A stretch of DNA of 64,000 nt from the NCBI GenBank assembly GCA_041649635.1, contig JBAZMV010000007.1, positions 10,900 through 74,899 of the forward strand, written 5' to 3'. Made by a program: the position numbers and the translations under genes. How positions within the stretch are numbered: position 1 is the stretch's first letter; every line of letters begins with the position of its first letter. The stretch is from Dehalococcoidia bacterium. Lineage in GTDB: Bacteria; Chloroflexota; Dehalococcoidia; E44-bin15. The notes under the pieces are model-generated. The model searched no databases. It saw only the letters and a program-made list of their open reading frames with translations, and was not told the origin of the DNA. Below, in pieces: positions 45,128-53,861 of this stretch.

Positions 45128-45799
45128 ATGGAAGAGAAATTCAAACTTGATAGAGAGACCATGGCCCTCCGCGTAGCCAAGGAATTCCAGGATGGCAACT
45201 ATGTCAACCTAGGGATCGGGATACCTGTGCTGGCTGCGAACTATATACCCGCCGGCAGGGAAGTCATCTTCCAGAGCGAGAACGGCGTACTCGGCTTCGG
45301 CGAGATCACCAATGTTGGAGAAGGCGATCAGGACTTGCAGAATGCCGGAGGACAGACCGTCAGAGTCCAGCCCGGCATGAGCTGCTTCGACCACGCCGAA
45401 TCGTTCACTATGATCCGCGGCGGGCACCTTGACATCAGCGTCATGGGAGGCTTCCAGGTCTCGGAGAAGGGCGACCTAGCAAACTATATGGTCCCCGAGA
45501 GGAAGATAGGCACTATCGGAGGTGCCATGGATCTGGCTGTAGGAGCCAAGAAATTGATAGTAGTCATGAACCATGTCACCAAAGACGGCAAACCAAGAGT
45601 AGTTAAACAATGCACCTATCCCATCACAGCTATAGAAAGTGTATCCTTGCTGGTTACGGATATAGCCGTGATTGAAGTAACCGATAAGGGATTGGTGCTT
45701 AAAGAAGTTGCTCCAGGTTGGACGCCCGAGGAGGTTCAGAAGCTGACCGAACCCACGCTCATCGTCGATCCTGGTTGCCACGATATAGAGTTAATGTAA
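45128..45799 (+). CDS. family I CoA-transferase subunit B
   Basis: 223 aa. It has NLGIGIP, QSENGVLG (catalytic Glu motif) and GGAMDL. Confidence 0.85.
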   Translation: MEEKFKLDRETMALRVAKEFQDGNYVNLGIGIPVLAANYIPAGREVIFQSENGVLGFGEITNVGEGDQDLQNAGGQTVRVQPGMSCFDHAESFTMIRGGHLDISVMGGFQVSEKGDLANYMVPERKIGTIGGAMDLAVGAKKLIVVMNHVTKDGKPRVVKQCTYPITAIESVSLLVTDIAVIEVTDKGLVLKEVAPGWTPEEVQKLTEPTLIVDPGCHDIELM

Positions 45800-45847
45800 G
45801 TAACTATAAGGACATAAAATAAAAACCCTGAAATACAAGGAGGGAAA

Positions 45848-47479
45848 ATGGCAAAGAATTACGATGTAATCATCATCGGCGGCGGCCCCAACGGGCTCAC
45901 GGAAGCCTGTTATCTGGCGAGAGCGGGGCTCAAGGTACTCGTGTTAGAGAGGCGAAACGAGATCGGCGGAGGGCTGGCTACCGAACAGATAACCCTGCCC
46001 GATTTCTACCACAACACGCACGCCATCTATCATCTGATGGTGGACTACTCCCCCACGACCCCGGACTTCGAGTTCGACAAGCGGTACGGCATCCAGTACA
46101 TACGTCCCGAGCACCAGTGGTGTATGCCGCTCCTCGACGGCAATTCGGTGTCCATCTACACCGACGCCGAGAAGACAGCCAAGTCGATAGAGAAGTTCTC
46201 CAAGAAGGACGCCGACAGCTACCGCGAGAACTCAAAGAGGTTCCAGAAGCTGGTCGACGAGTTCCTGGGCCCGGCCACCTACCTGCCGACGCTTCCGGCA
46301 CTCGACGCCGTAATGGGCATGGAAAAGACCGAGTGGGGCAAGGACATCAATGAACTGACAGAAAAGACTCCGGAAGAGATCGTTAACGAGCTCTTCGAGC
46401 ACGATGTCGTCAGGACAATGTTCCTCTTCGTAGCATGCCACTGGGCGCTGCAGTATGACATGACCGGCGTCAGCTACCTGGTGCCGCTGCTCATCAACCG
46501 CGCAGCCAACTACCAGTTGGTGCAGGGCGGCTCGCACCGTTTGTCTAATGCCCTGACCCGCTTCTGCCTTGAGTACGGCGCTGAGATTCTGACCAACGCC
46601 TGCGTCAAGAAGATTATCGTAGAGAACGGCACGGCCAAGGGCATCGAGCTTACCGACGGCGGCGTGTACATGGCGGATAAGGCCGTCATCAGCACACTTG
46701 ACGTTGACAGCACATTCCTCAAATTCATCGGGGAGAAGAACCTCGACCCGAATTTTGTCGATAAGGTCAAAGGTTGGCAATGGGAACACTGGAGCCTGTG
46801 CCACCAGCATCTGGCCTTGAGGGAGGCCCCCAATTTCAAGGCCGCGGAGAAGAATCCCGATGTGAACAAAGCCTTCATCTACATACTGGGCTATGAGACC
46901 GAGGATAACCTGAAGGGAGTCTGGGACTCTATGCTCCAGAAGACAGGCGAGATACCCCAGCCCGAGGGCTTCAGCTGCTGCTTCCCCAGCGTGCACGACC
47001 CGTACCAGGCGCCGCAGGGCAAATGCTCCGGCCTCATCTCTCAGATGGCGCCGTACGAGATAAAGGGCGGCAAGGACAACTGGCTCAAGATGAAGTTCAA
47101 GGAAGAGCGTGCTGAGGTACAGCGCAAGGTCCTGGAGAAGTATGCTCCGAATATGACCAAGAAGAACGTCATGTTCTGGAATATGACGACTCCCGCTGAC
47201 ATCGAGGACAAGTTCCCGAACATGGTCAAAGGATCGATAAAGCAGGGCGCCTACGATTCGCTGCAGATGGGACATCAGCGTCCCAACGACGAGTGCTCCA
47301 ACCACGTCACACCGATAAAGAACCTGTACATCGGCGGAGCCTCCAGCTACTCCGGCGGACTGGTGACCTTTGGTCCTGGTGTCACAACCGCCAACAAGGT
47401 TGCCGACGACCTGAAGATACAGAAATGGTGGAAGCCGACTCCTGCGGTTGATAAATGCTGGAACACCTATTTTAAATAG
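45848..47479 (+). CDS. phytoene-desaturase-family (CrtI/CtmAB-like) FAD-dependent oxidoreductase, copy 3 (closest to copy 1)
   Basis: 543 aa. It has [38 protein letters not shown], the shared YHLMVDY block, and the C-terminal QKWWKPT. Confidence 0.8.
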   Translation: MAKNYDVIIIGGGPNGLTEACYLARAGLKVLVLERRNEIGGGLATEQITLPDFYHNTHAIYHLMVDYSPTTPDFEFDKRYGIQYIRPEHQWCMPLLDGNSVSIYTDAEKTAKSIEKFSKKDADSYRENSKRFQKLVDEFLGPATYLPTLPALDAVMGMEKTEWGKDINELTEKTPEEIVNELFEHDVVRTMFLFVACHWALQYDMTGVSYLVPLLINRAANYQLVQGGSHRLSNALTRFCLEYGAEILTNACVKKIIVENGTAKGIELTDGGVYMADKAVISTLDVDSTFLKFIGEKNLDPNFVDKVKGWQWEHWSLCHQHLALREAPNFKAAEKNPDVNKAFIYILGYETEDNLKGVWDSMLQKTGEIPQPEGFSCCFPSVHDPYQAPQGKCSGLISQMAPYEIKGGKDNWLKMKFKEERAEVQRKVLEKYAPNMTKKNVMFWNMTTPADIEDKFPNMVKGSIKQGAYDSLQMGHQRPNDECSNHVTPIKNLYIGGASSYSGGLVTFGPGVTTANKVADDLKIQKWWKPTPAVDKCWNTYFK

Positions 47480-47503
47480 GAACCTTGCGAAAATAGTAGA
47501 TCA

Positions 47504-47550
47504 TAGAGAGCCCGACGCCAAAGAAATAGCATCTCAGCGCGGGCTCTCTA
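47504..47550 (+). other. intercistronic hairpin between flavoprotein genes 3 and 4
   Basis: TAGAGAGCCCG-(25 nt)-CGGGCTCTCTA. There is no adjacent T-tract, so this may be an RNA processing or stability element, or a weak terminator. Confidence 0.3.
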
Positions 47551-47624
47551 CATGTTATAGTTGCTCTGCCGATGTAATATCGGATAAGGTTTTTTGAGAA
47601 AAATAACAGGTTAGGAGGAAGATT

Positions 47625-49112
47625 ATGGCCGGAACTAAATTTGACGCTATCGTCGTCGGAGCCGGGCCGGGAGGGTCCGCCTGTGCCGCATTGCTGCAAA
47701 AACGAGGGCTTAAGACGTTGCTTGTGGAAAAGAACGACCGAGTAGGCGGAAAGGCTCTGAACTATAGCAAAGACGGCTTTACCTATGAGCTATGGCCGGT
47801 AATGGGACTGCCGCGCTACAACACCACGTTTGAAAAAGTACTCAACGAGGTCGGCGCTCAGGCTCCGATGTCCGATGTCTTTCCAACAACGGGAAGCCTA
47901 GCCGCCATAATGTCCGGGAAAGCGACACCTAAAGACGGCGGGTTCCTTTATAAACCTGAGGGATCAGATAAATATATAAGTTATATTCTCGTCCCTCCGA
48001 TGCAGATACCGGAAATGCTCATGAACGATCCCGAAGGACTTGCCAATGTCAACAGGATGTTCGAGGAAATGTCGACAATGACGCCCGAACAACTCAGCGC
48101 GCTTGACGATGTAACCTTTCATGATTTTGTAATGCAATACAGCATCCCCCAGGGCGCATATAGTTACCTCGCCGTGCTGTGCAACATCCTTTTTGTAGTG
48201 CAAATAGACCTGTGCTCCGCCTCCGAAATGATCAAGACACTGCGCCAGTTTACCACCGGCCTCGGATCCGCTTACTTCATGGGCGGATATGCAAAATTAA
48301 GCGAGGCGCTGGTAGGAGCTTTTAAGCAACTCGGCGGCGAAGTAAATCTCAACACAAGGGTAGAGAAAATCACGGTCGAGAACGGCCAGGTAACCGGCAT
48401 TGTCACAGACAAAGGTACTTTTTCAGCACCGATAGTCGTTAGCAACGCGGGAATACAGCCGACCGTGCTTAAGCTTGTCGGCGAAGAGTATTTCGATAAG
48501 GGATATTCCAATCGCATCAGAAGCCTGGTTCCGTCATTGGCGCTTATAGGCCATCGATACTTCCTTGATAAAGTCGTATTCGAGGACTGCGCTTATATTA
48601 TCTACTCGGACAACAACTGGTGGAATATGGAGCGCTACATGAAGGCCAAGGAAGGCAACATCCCGGAGGATATGATGATGATATTCTTCAATCCACAGGG
48701 ATTCGATCCCGCCGTAGCGCCTGAGGGCAAACAGTTGCTTCTTACAGGAACACTGGCTCCTGCCGATCCCAAGTTAAAGAACCAAAAAGCCTGGCTGGAT
48801 GCCTTTGAAGACAAGATTGAACAATTCCGCCCGGGCTTCCGAAAGCACATCATAAAGAGAGAGGACTATACCACAACCGACGTCAGCCGTGTCACGCGGG
48901 ACAGCGTCGTGCCAGGATGCGGCGGTGAGTGCATCGGACTGGCACAGATAGTAGGACAGTGCGGCAAGAATAAGCCTTCGCCGATCGCCCCGATCCAGGG
49001 CCTTTTCTACGTCGGAGTCGACGCGGGCGGCGACGGCGTTGGCACACATCACGCGGTGACATCCGCGTACAACGTAGCGCCGCTGGTTATAAGGTATTCT
49101 CAGACACATTAG
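47625..49112 (+). CDS. phytoene-desaturase-family FAD-dependent oxidoreductase, copy 4 (shorter, more canonical CrtI/CrtD-like)
   Basis: 495 aa. It has FDAIVVGAGPGGSACAALLQKRGLKTLLVEKNDRVGGKA and the C-terminal GLFYVGVDAGG. Confidence 0.8.
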   Translation: MAGTKFDAIVVGAGPGGSACAALLQKRGLKTLLVEKNDRVGGKALNYSKDGFTYELWPVMGLPRYNTTFEKVLNEVGAQAPMSDVFPTTGSLAAIMSGKATPKDGGFLYKPEGSDKYISYILVPPMQIPEMLMNDPEGLANVNRMFEEMSTMTPEQLSALDDVTFHDFVMQYSIPQGAYSYLAVLCNILFVVQIDLCSASEMIKTLRQFTTGLGSAYFMGGYAKLSEALVGAFKQLGGEVNLNTRVEKITVENGQVTGIVTDKGTFSAPIVVSNAGIQPTVLKLVGEEYFDKGYSNRIRSLVPSLALIGHRYFLDKVVFEDCAYIIYSDNNWWNMERYMKAKEGNIPEDMMMIFFNPQGFDPAVAPEGKQLLLTGTLAPADPKLKNQKAWLDAFEDKIEQFRPGFRKHIIKREDYTTTDVSRVTRDSVVPGCGGECIGLAQIVGQCGKNKPSPIAPIQGLFYVGVDAGGDGVGTHHAVTSAYNVAPLVIRYSQTH

Positions 49113-49137
49113 AATCCATAGCTTCGACGGTTCTCGT

Positions 49138-49176
49138 AGTAGGCTTCCTCGCACCGATAGGAAGCCTACTGTTTTT
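49138..49176 (+). terminator. intrinsic terminator ending the 13.5-kb operon
   Basis: AGTAGGCTTCCT-(9 nt)-AGGAAGCCTACT followed by GTTTTTG. Confidence 0.75.
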
Positions 49177-49199
49177 GTCCGTCGGAAAGCCCTAATACG

Positions 49200-49229
49200 T
49201 TAGACTTGCTAAACGGTTTATGATAGAAT
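49200..49229 (+). promoter_or_regulatory. possible sigma70-like promoter for the OFOR operon
   Basis: TTAGAC, then an 18-nt spacer, then TAGAAT. Confidence 0.3.
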
Positions 49230-49291
49230 GTTACTTTGTTACAAAACCCATAATTTACGAACGGATTGCGAATTAATAGAGGGGATTAGCT

Positions 49292-49537
49292 ATGATCAAA
49301 ATAAAAGCTAAGTATGTAGACTATCCCAGCGTCCGCTGGAACGCGACGTGGTGCAAACGCTGCTTCATCTGCGTTGAAGCCTGTCCGCAGCAAGCACTTG
49401 AGATAACAGCGGAAGGGGTAGTTGAAATTGAAGGCCTTTGCATCAGATGCGGGCTTTGCGAAAGACAGTGCCCCGACCTTGCTATAGAAGTGATCGGTCA
49501 ACCATTGCAGGAGCAAAAGAATGAAAAAACTGCTTAA
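49292..49537 (+). CDS. 2-oxoacid:ferredoxin oxidoreductase delta subunit (2x[4Fe-4S] ferredoxin)
   Basis: 81 aa with two Cys clusters (CKRCFICVEACP and CIRCGLCERQCP). It overlaps the alpha subunit gene. Confidence 0.8.
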   Translation: MIKIKAKYVDYPSVRWNATWCKRCFICVEACPQQALEITAEGVVEIEGLCIRCGLCERQCPDLAIEVIGQPLQEQKNEKTA

Positions 49538-50567
49538 TGGAAATGAAGCTACGTTCCTCGGTGCTGTTAAAGCCGGCGCGACTTTCTTTGCCGGCTATCC
49601 TATAACACCATCAACTGAAATTCTAATACAGGCTGCCGAGCTCAATGCCAAGAACCCTAACTTTAAATTCATCCAGAGTGAGGACGAACTCGCGGCGGCC
49701 AACGCAGTGATTGGAGCCTCGCTGGCCGGAGCCAAGGCGTTCACCGCAACCTCCGGTCCCGGCTTCAGCCTGATGCAGGAAACAATAGGCTACGGCCATC
49801 AGCTTGAAGTACCCTCTGTATATATAAATGTGCAGCGTGTCGGGCCGGCAACCGGAATGCCGACGAGACCATCCCAACACGATATACTGCAAACGAAATA
49901 CGGCAGTAGCGGCGACTACTATCCACTGGTCTTCTATCCCAATTCAGTAGAGGAATGCTACCGATACGCCATCGCCGCCTTCAACGCCGCCGAGGAGTCC
50001 CTCTCTCCCGTCATATTCCTGGGAGACGCTTTCCTCAGCCACCTGTATGAACTGGTCGACCTGGATACGATCGAAGTAGAAGTGGTGCCGCGCAGTATAC
50101 CACCGCTGGGCAAAGGAAAGAGAACTTTCACCGGGCTGACCCATGACGAGAACCTGAGCCCGCGCACGGCGGATGAAATGGCCTTCAGACGTTGGCATGA
50201 TAAAGTGAAGGCCAGACATGAGAACGTTGCTAAGAACTATGCGCATTTCGAATTCGCCGGTAATAAAAAGAGCGACACCCTGCTCATCGCTTACGGCATC
50301 ACATCGCGGGTCATAGCTCCGCTGAAATCATCCTTCTCCATATTCCGTCCGATTCGAATCTTCCCGCTGCTGAGCGATGAATTGCGAAAATATGCGAAAG
50401 ACTACAAAAACATAGCGGTTATTGAAGCAAACGACGGCCAGTATGCCGGACTCGTCGAGTGCGAGCTTAAAAGGAATGTCATAAGCATACCGCTGCTCGG
50501 CGGGAAGATTTCCCTTGATGAGGCGATACAGGGCTTGAAGGACAAGCTGAACCGGGAGGTTAACTAA
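49521..50567 (+). CDS. 2-oxoacid:ferredoxin oxidoreductase alpha subunit
   Basis: 348 aa. It has NGNEA...GA..AG...FAGYPITPSTEI and a TSGPGFSLM block. Confidence 0.88.
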   Translation: MKKLLNGNEATFLGAVKAGATFFAGYPITPSTEILIQAAELNAKNPNFKFIQSEDELAAANAVIGASLAGAKAFTATSGPGFSLMQETIGYGHQLEVPSVYINVQRVGPATGMPTRPSQHDILQTKYGSSGDYYPLVFYPNSVEECYRYAIAAFNAAEESLSPVIFLGDAFLSHLYELVDLDTIEVEVVPRSIPPLGKGKRTFTGLTHDENLSPRTADEMAFRRWHDKVKARHENVAKNYAHFEFAGNKKSDTLLIAYGITSRVIAPLKSSFSIFRPIRIFPLLSDELRKYAKDYKNIAVIEANDGQYAGLVECELKRNVISIPLLGGKISLDEAIQGLKDKLNREVN

Positions 50568-51301
50568 TGTACAAAGACTTGATCAGATTGGACCGCTTCC
50601 CTACCAAATGGTGTCCCGGTTGCGGTATCGGACAGATCCTAATTCAGTTGACCAAGGCAATGGACCAGCTAGGTCTCGACAATACAAACTCGACAATTAT
50701 AACCGGGATAGGCTGCACCGGCAGGCTTTCGGGTTATGTCAATATCGATACCGTCTATACCCTGCACGGACGCACACTGCCCATGGCGGAAGCGATTAAG
50801 ACAGTCAACCCGAACCTGAAAGTAATCGTTGTTTCCGGTGACGGCGATCTTTCTAGTATAGGTGGTAATCACTTGATTCACGCCGCCAGACGCAACGTAG
50901 ACATAACAGTGATATGTAACAACAACCAGATATACGGCCTGACCGGCGGCCAGGCGGGACCGACCACGCCTCTGGGAACTAGAACCGTAAGCACACCGGC
51001 AGGCGCGTTTAAAAACCCCATCAATCTTCAAAACTTGATCAAGAGCGCGGCCAAGTACTTCTATGCCAGAACCACCGCATATCACCAAATACACATGCAG
51101 AAATGCATCAGGGAGGCTATCGAGTGGCCCGGCTTCGCATTTGTGGAGATTAATTCGCAGTGTATCGAGAACAACGGCCGCAGAATAGGATTCAACTCCG
51201 CATGGGAAATGTTACAACTATACAAGCGCACTTACAAAAAAGCTCCGCGCGGCAACGACCACCTGGAACCGGATGAGATCGGTATAATACGCCAGGGTTA
51301 G
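50567..51301 (+). CDS. 2-oxoacid:ferredoxin oxidoreductase beta (TPP-binding) subunit
   Basis: 244 aa. It has WCPGCG, the GDGD TPP motif, and NN..YG.TGGQ. TAATG coupling to the alpha subunit gene. Confidence 0.88.
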   Translation: MYKDLIRLDRFPTKWCPGCGIGQILIQLTKAMDQLGLDNTNSTIITGIGCTGRLSGYVNIDTVYTLHGRTLPMAEAIKTVNPNLKVIVVSGDGDLSSIGGNHLIHAARRNVDITVICNNNQIYGLTGGQAGPTTPLGTRTVSTPAGAFKNPINLQNLIKSAAKYFYARTTAYHQIHMQKCIREAIEWPGFAFVEINSQCIENNGRRIGFNSAWEMLQLYKRTYKKAPRGNDHLEPDEIGIIRQG

Positions 51302-51314
51302 AGAAGGACTGGAT

Positions 51315-51911
51315 ATGAAAAAGATAATCGTTTCTGGAGAAGGCGGGCAGGGAGTAAGAGTTATCTCCATCACCCTGGCACAGCTGCTCAAAAACCTCGG
51401 ATACGAAGTGAGTCTGTTATACGATTACGACGCTGCGGTAAGAGGCGGCCTGAGCCTGGCGCACCTGGTTTACGGCAAAGAGAAGATCGATAATCCTGTG
51501 ATTGATGAGGCCGATATATTGCTGAAGCTATCCGACAAGGCCGAGGAACTTCGCGCAAAGACAACGGTGTATCAAACCGGCATCAGCGATGTGAAGGGAA
51601 AAGCCCTCAAGTTTGAGGACATTCCTCCAACAAACGAGGAAATACCCTTCAGCGAACTGGGCACCGAGATTTTTGGCAAGGAATTATTCGGATACATGAT
51701 AGCGCTGGGACGCCTGATGGTTCTGGCAGATATAAAGGTATCCGAGAGCGAGATAATAGCGGTACTGCCCAAGAAATACAAAGAGGAGAATCTTAGCGCC
51801 ATAAACTTCGGACAGCGGCTGCATGAAGAGGAGCAGAAGCGCCTTGGCGAAGAGAAGAGCGGCAGACGCATCACATTAAGCGATAAGGGCAAAAAAAAGA
51901 AAGCTTCGTAA
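51315..51911 (+). CDS. 2-oxoacid:ferredoxin oxidoreductase gamma subunit (with Lys-rich tail)
   Basis: 198 aa with SGEGGQG at the N-terminus. The C-terminal 30 aa are charged and Lys-rich. Confidence 0.8.
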   Translation: MKKIIVSGEGGQGVRVISITLAQLLKNLGYEVSLLYDYDAAVRGGLSLAHLVYGKEKIDNPVIDEADILLKLSDKAEELRAKTTVYQTGISDVKGKALKFEDIPPTNEEIPFSELGTEIFGKELFGYMIALGRLMVLADIKVSESEIIAVLPKKYKEENLSAINFGQRLHEEEQKRLGEEKSGRRITLSDKGKKKKAS

Positions 51912-51930
51912 GCCCCGATAAATAGGCTCT

Positions 51931-52602
51931 ATGACTGAAGTATCCTATCCCATCGCCTTTGGTGCGGGAATCGCGGCATTTTTCTCGCCATGCATTTTGC
52001 CTTTAGTGCCGATATACATCGCAAACATAGGCGGAGTGGTCTCTCTATCAGCGGAGACCAAAAGACGAGCCGTCTTCATCCATACGGTCGCCTTCGTCAT
52101 CGGTTTCTCCATAATCTACATCCTCATGGGAGCCTCTGTGGGGCTCTTCGGCATGTTCATCCCTAACGATATCCTGAGGATAGCGGGCGGCGTGCTATTG
52201 ATATTGTTTGGAATTTACCTGCTTGCTGCGATGAAGATACCGAGGCTTAATTTCGAAAAATCACTGAGCCGTCCTTTCTGGGGCAAAGTAGGATATATGC
52301 GCTCTGCACTGATGGGCGCTGTTTTCTCCGTCGGCATTGGTACCTGCGCATACGGCACGCTCGGTCTGATTCTGACCATGGCGGCAGTCGCGCAGACAGC
52401 GGCAAAGGGAGCGTTGCTCCTCACCGTATACTCGCTGGGGCTGGGGTTGCCCTTTATAATCGTAGGATTGGCTTTGGACAGAGCGAAGCCGGTGCTCAGG
52501 TGGTTCAGCCGGCACTCGGTATGGACTTCTATTGCAAGCAGTATACTACTGATTGTAATCGGCAGCCTGATGCTGGCCGATATCATTACATATTCTATCT
52601 AA
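51931..52602 (+). CDS. ccdA: cytochrome c biogenesis / thiol-disulfide electron transporter CcdA (DsbD family)
   Basis: 223 aa and polytopic. It has FFSPCILPLVP and a second conserved P-containing TM. Confidence 0.8.
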   Translation: MTEVSYPIAFGAGIAAFFSPCILPLVPIYIANIGGVVSLSAETKRRAVFIHTVAFVIGFSIIYILMGASVGLFGMFIPNDILRIAGGVLLILFGIYLLAAMKIPRLNFEKSLSRPFWGKVGYMRSALMGAVFSVGIGTCAYGTLGLILTMAAVAQTAAKGALLLTVYSLGLGLPFIIVGLALDRAKPVLRWFSRHSVWTSIASSILLIVIGSLMLADIITYSI

Positions 52603-52619
52603 AAGACGAAAGAGTTGTC

Positions 52620-53132
52620 ATGACTATAAAGAGATGCCGAATAAAATCAATCCTCATAATACTTGCGACGATAATACTGCTGGCAGGAATCGCTGGATGC
52701 GTAGTGCCGATTGGATCTAAGGTCGGCGATAAAGCACCGGACTTCACTTTATCTACGCTCGACGGCGGACAGATCAGGCTCGCCGACCTCAAAGGCAAGA
52801 CCGTCGTGCTTGTCTTCTGGACAACGGGATGCGGCGCCTGCATTTACCAGATGCCTTTTCTCGAGGAAGCACATGACGAATTGGGCAATGATGTCGAATT
52901 CGTCAACATCAACATCGGAGAGGACAGCTATCAGGTACAGGCAGTCATCGACTATTACGGTTTCAGCCTTCCCGTGGCGCTCGATAGCGATGAGATGGTA
53001 TCGACAGACTACAATATCATCTATACGCCGACAAATATCATCATCGACAAGTATGGAGTCATTCACTACGTCAGGAAAGGCGCTTTTACCAGCGGAACGG
53101 AAATTCTAAGTATATTGAACGCTATGGAATAG
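52620..53132 (+). CDS. TlpA/ResA-like membrane-anchored thioredoxin-fold thiol:disulfide oxidoreductase
   Basis: It has an N-terminal TM/lipobox-like segment (LLAGIAGC), a WTTGCGAC CxxC motif, and YTPT (cis-Pro region). Start chosen at MTIKRCR. Confidence 0.8.
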   Translation: MTIKRCRIKSILIILATIILLAGIAGCVVPIGSKVGDKAPDFTLSTLDGGQIRLADLKGKTVVLVFWTTGCGACIYQMPFLEEAHDELGNDVEFVNINIGEDSYQVQAVIDYYGFSLPVALDSDEMVSTDYNIIYTPTNIIIDKYGVIHYVRKGAFTSGTEILSILNAME

Positions 53133-53153
53133 CGAAATGGTTCGCCTTCAGCT

Positions 53154-53591
53154 TTAATAATCCAAGTGTACTTCGCAGACGCCGTAAGGGAGCGGCTCCT
53201 CCCCAACCATCCTCTGGTGCTCTTTCTTGATACACTTATCCATAACTACCTCAAGCCCCGCCTCACGAGCCTTCATTGCCGCTTCCTCGTTCACAACCTC
53301 CTCCTGCATCCAGACAACCCTGGCCCCTATCTGTATCGCCTCGTCCACTACTCCCATAACTTGATCGGGACGACGGAAAATATCAACGATATCGATTTTT
53401 TCGTTTATCGATGTTAATGATGAATGACAGAGCTCTCCGAGAATCGCCGATTCTTTTGGATTCACAGGAATAACCCTATAACCCTTACTCTGAAGGTAAA
53501 CGGCGACGCCATAGCTTGGCCTGTGCTTATCAGATGAAAGCCCGACTATTGCGACTGTATTAGAACTCCTTAAAATATCGTCCATTTTCAA
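53154..53591 (-). CDS. CoA-binding domain protein (YccU/YneT-like)
   Basis: 145 aa. It has VAIVGLS....PSY.V..YL...GY.VIPVNP. Confidence 0.75.
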   Translation of the reverse strand: MKMDDILRSSNTVAIVGLSSDKHRPSYGVAVYLQSKGYRVIPVNPKESAILGELCHSSLTSINEKIDIVDIFRRPDQVMGVVDEAIQIGARVVWMQEEVVNEEAAMKAREAGLEVVMDKCIKKEHQRMVGEEPLPYGVCEVHLDY

Positions 53592-53600
53592 ACCGAACTC

Positions 53601-53861
53601 CTAACCCCCGCCCGTGGCCAGCATCACTTTCACCTCGTCGCCGTCTGAAACCTTATCGCCGAGAGAAGCCTTTTTCTTGTTCACGCCGATATGCACGTAG
53701 GTAGCTACTCTGCCGCCCCTGTAGAGCCACCTCTCAAGCTCGGGATATCTGTTTTTTAAAGCATCGATGCACTCTTGCACCGTAGCTCCATCGACCTCGA
53801 CCACTTCATTGTCATCGGTATACTTATGAAGAAGCGAAGGGATGAGTATTTTAACGCTCAT
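53601..53861 (-). CDS. MoaD/ThiS-family ubiquitin-like sulfur carrier (C-terminal GGG)
   Basis: 86 aa from MSVKILIP and ending ...LATGGG*. ATGA overlap with the upstream E1-like gene. Confidence 0.75.
   Translation of the reverse strand: MSVKILIPSLLHKYTDDNEVVEVDGATVQECIDALKNRYPELERWLYRGGRVATYVHIGVNKKKASLGDKVSDGDEVKVMLATGGG

Noticed and set aside
33719-49112. Interpreting the four CrtI-like genes as a carotenoid biosynthesis cluster.
   Set aside because: No phytoene or diapophytoene synthase, GGPP synthase, cyclase or glycosyltransferase is present. The genes are instead embedded among CoA-transferases, thiolase-fold proteins, an ADH and an AOR, which is a catabolic context. This remains to be tested by phylogeny.
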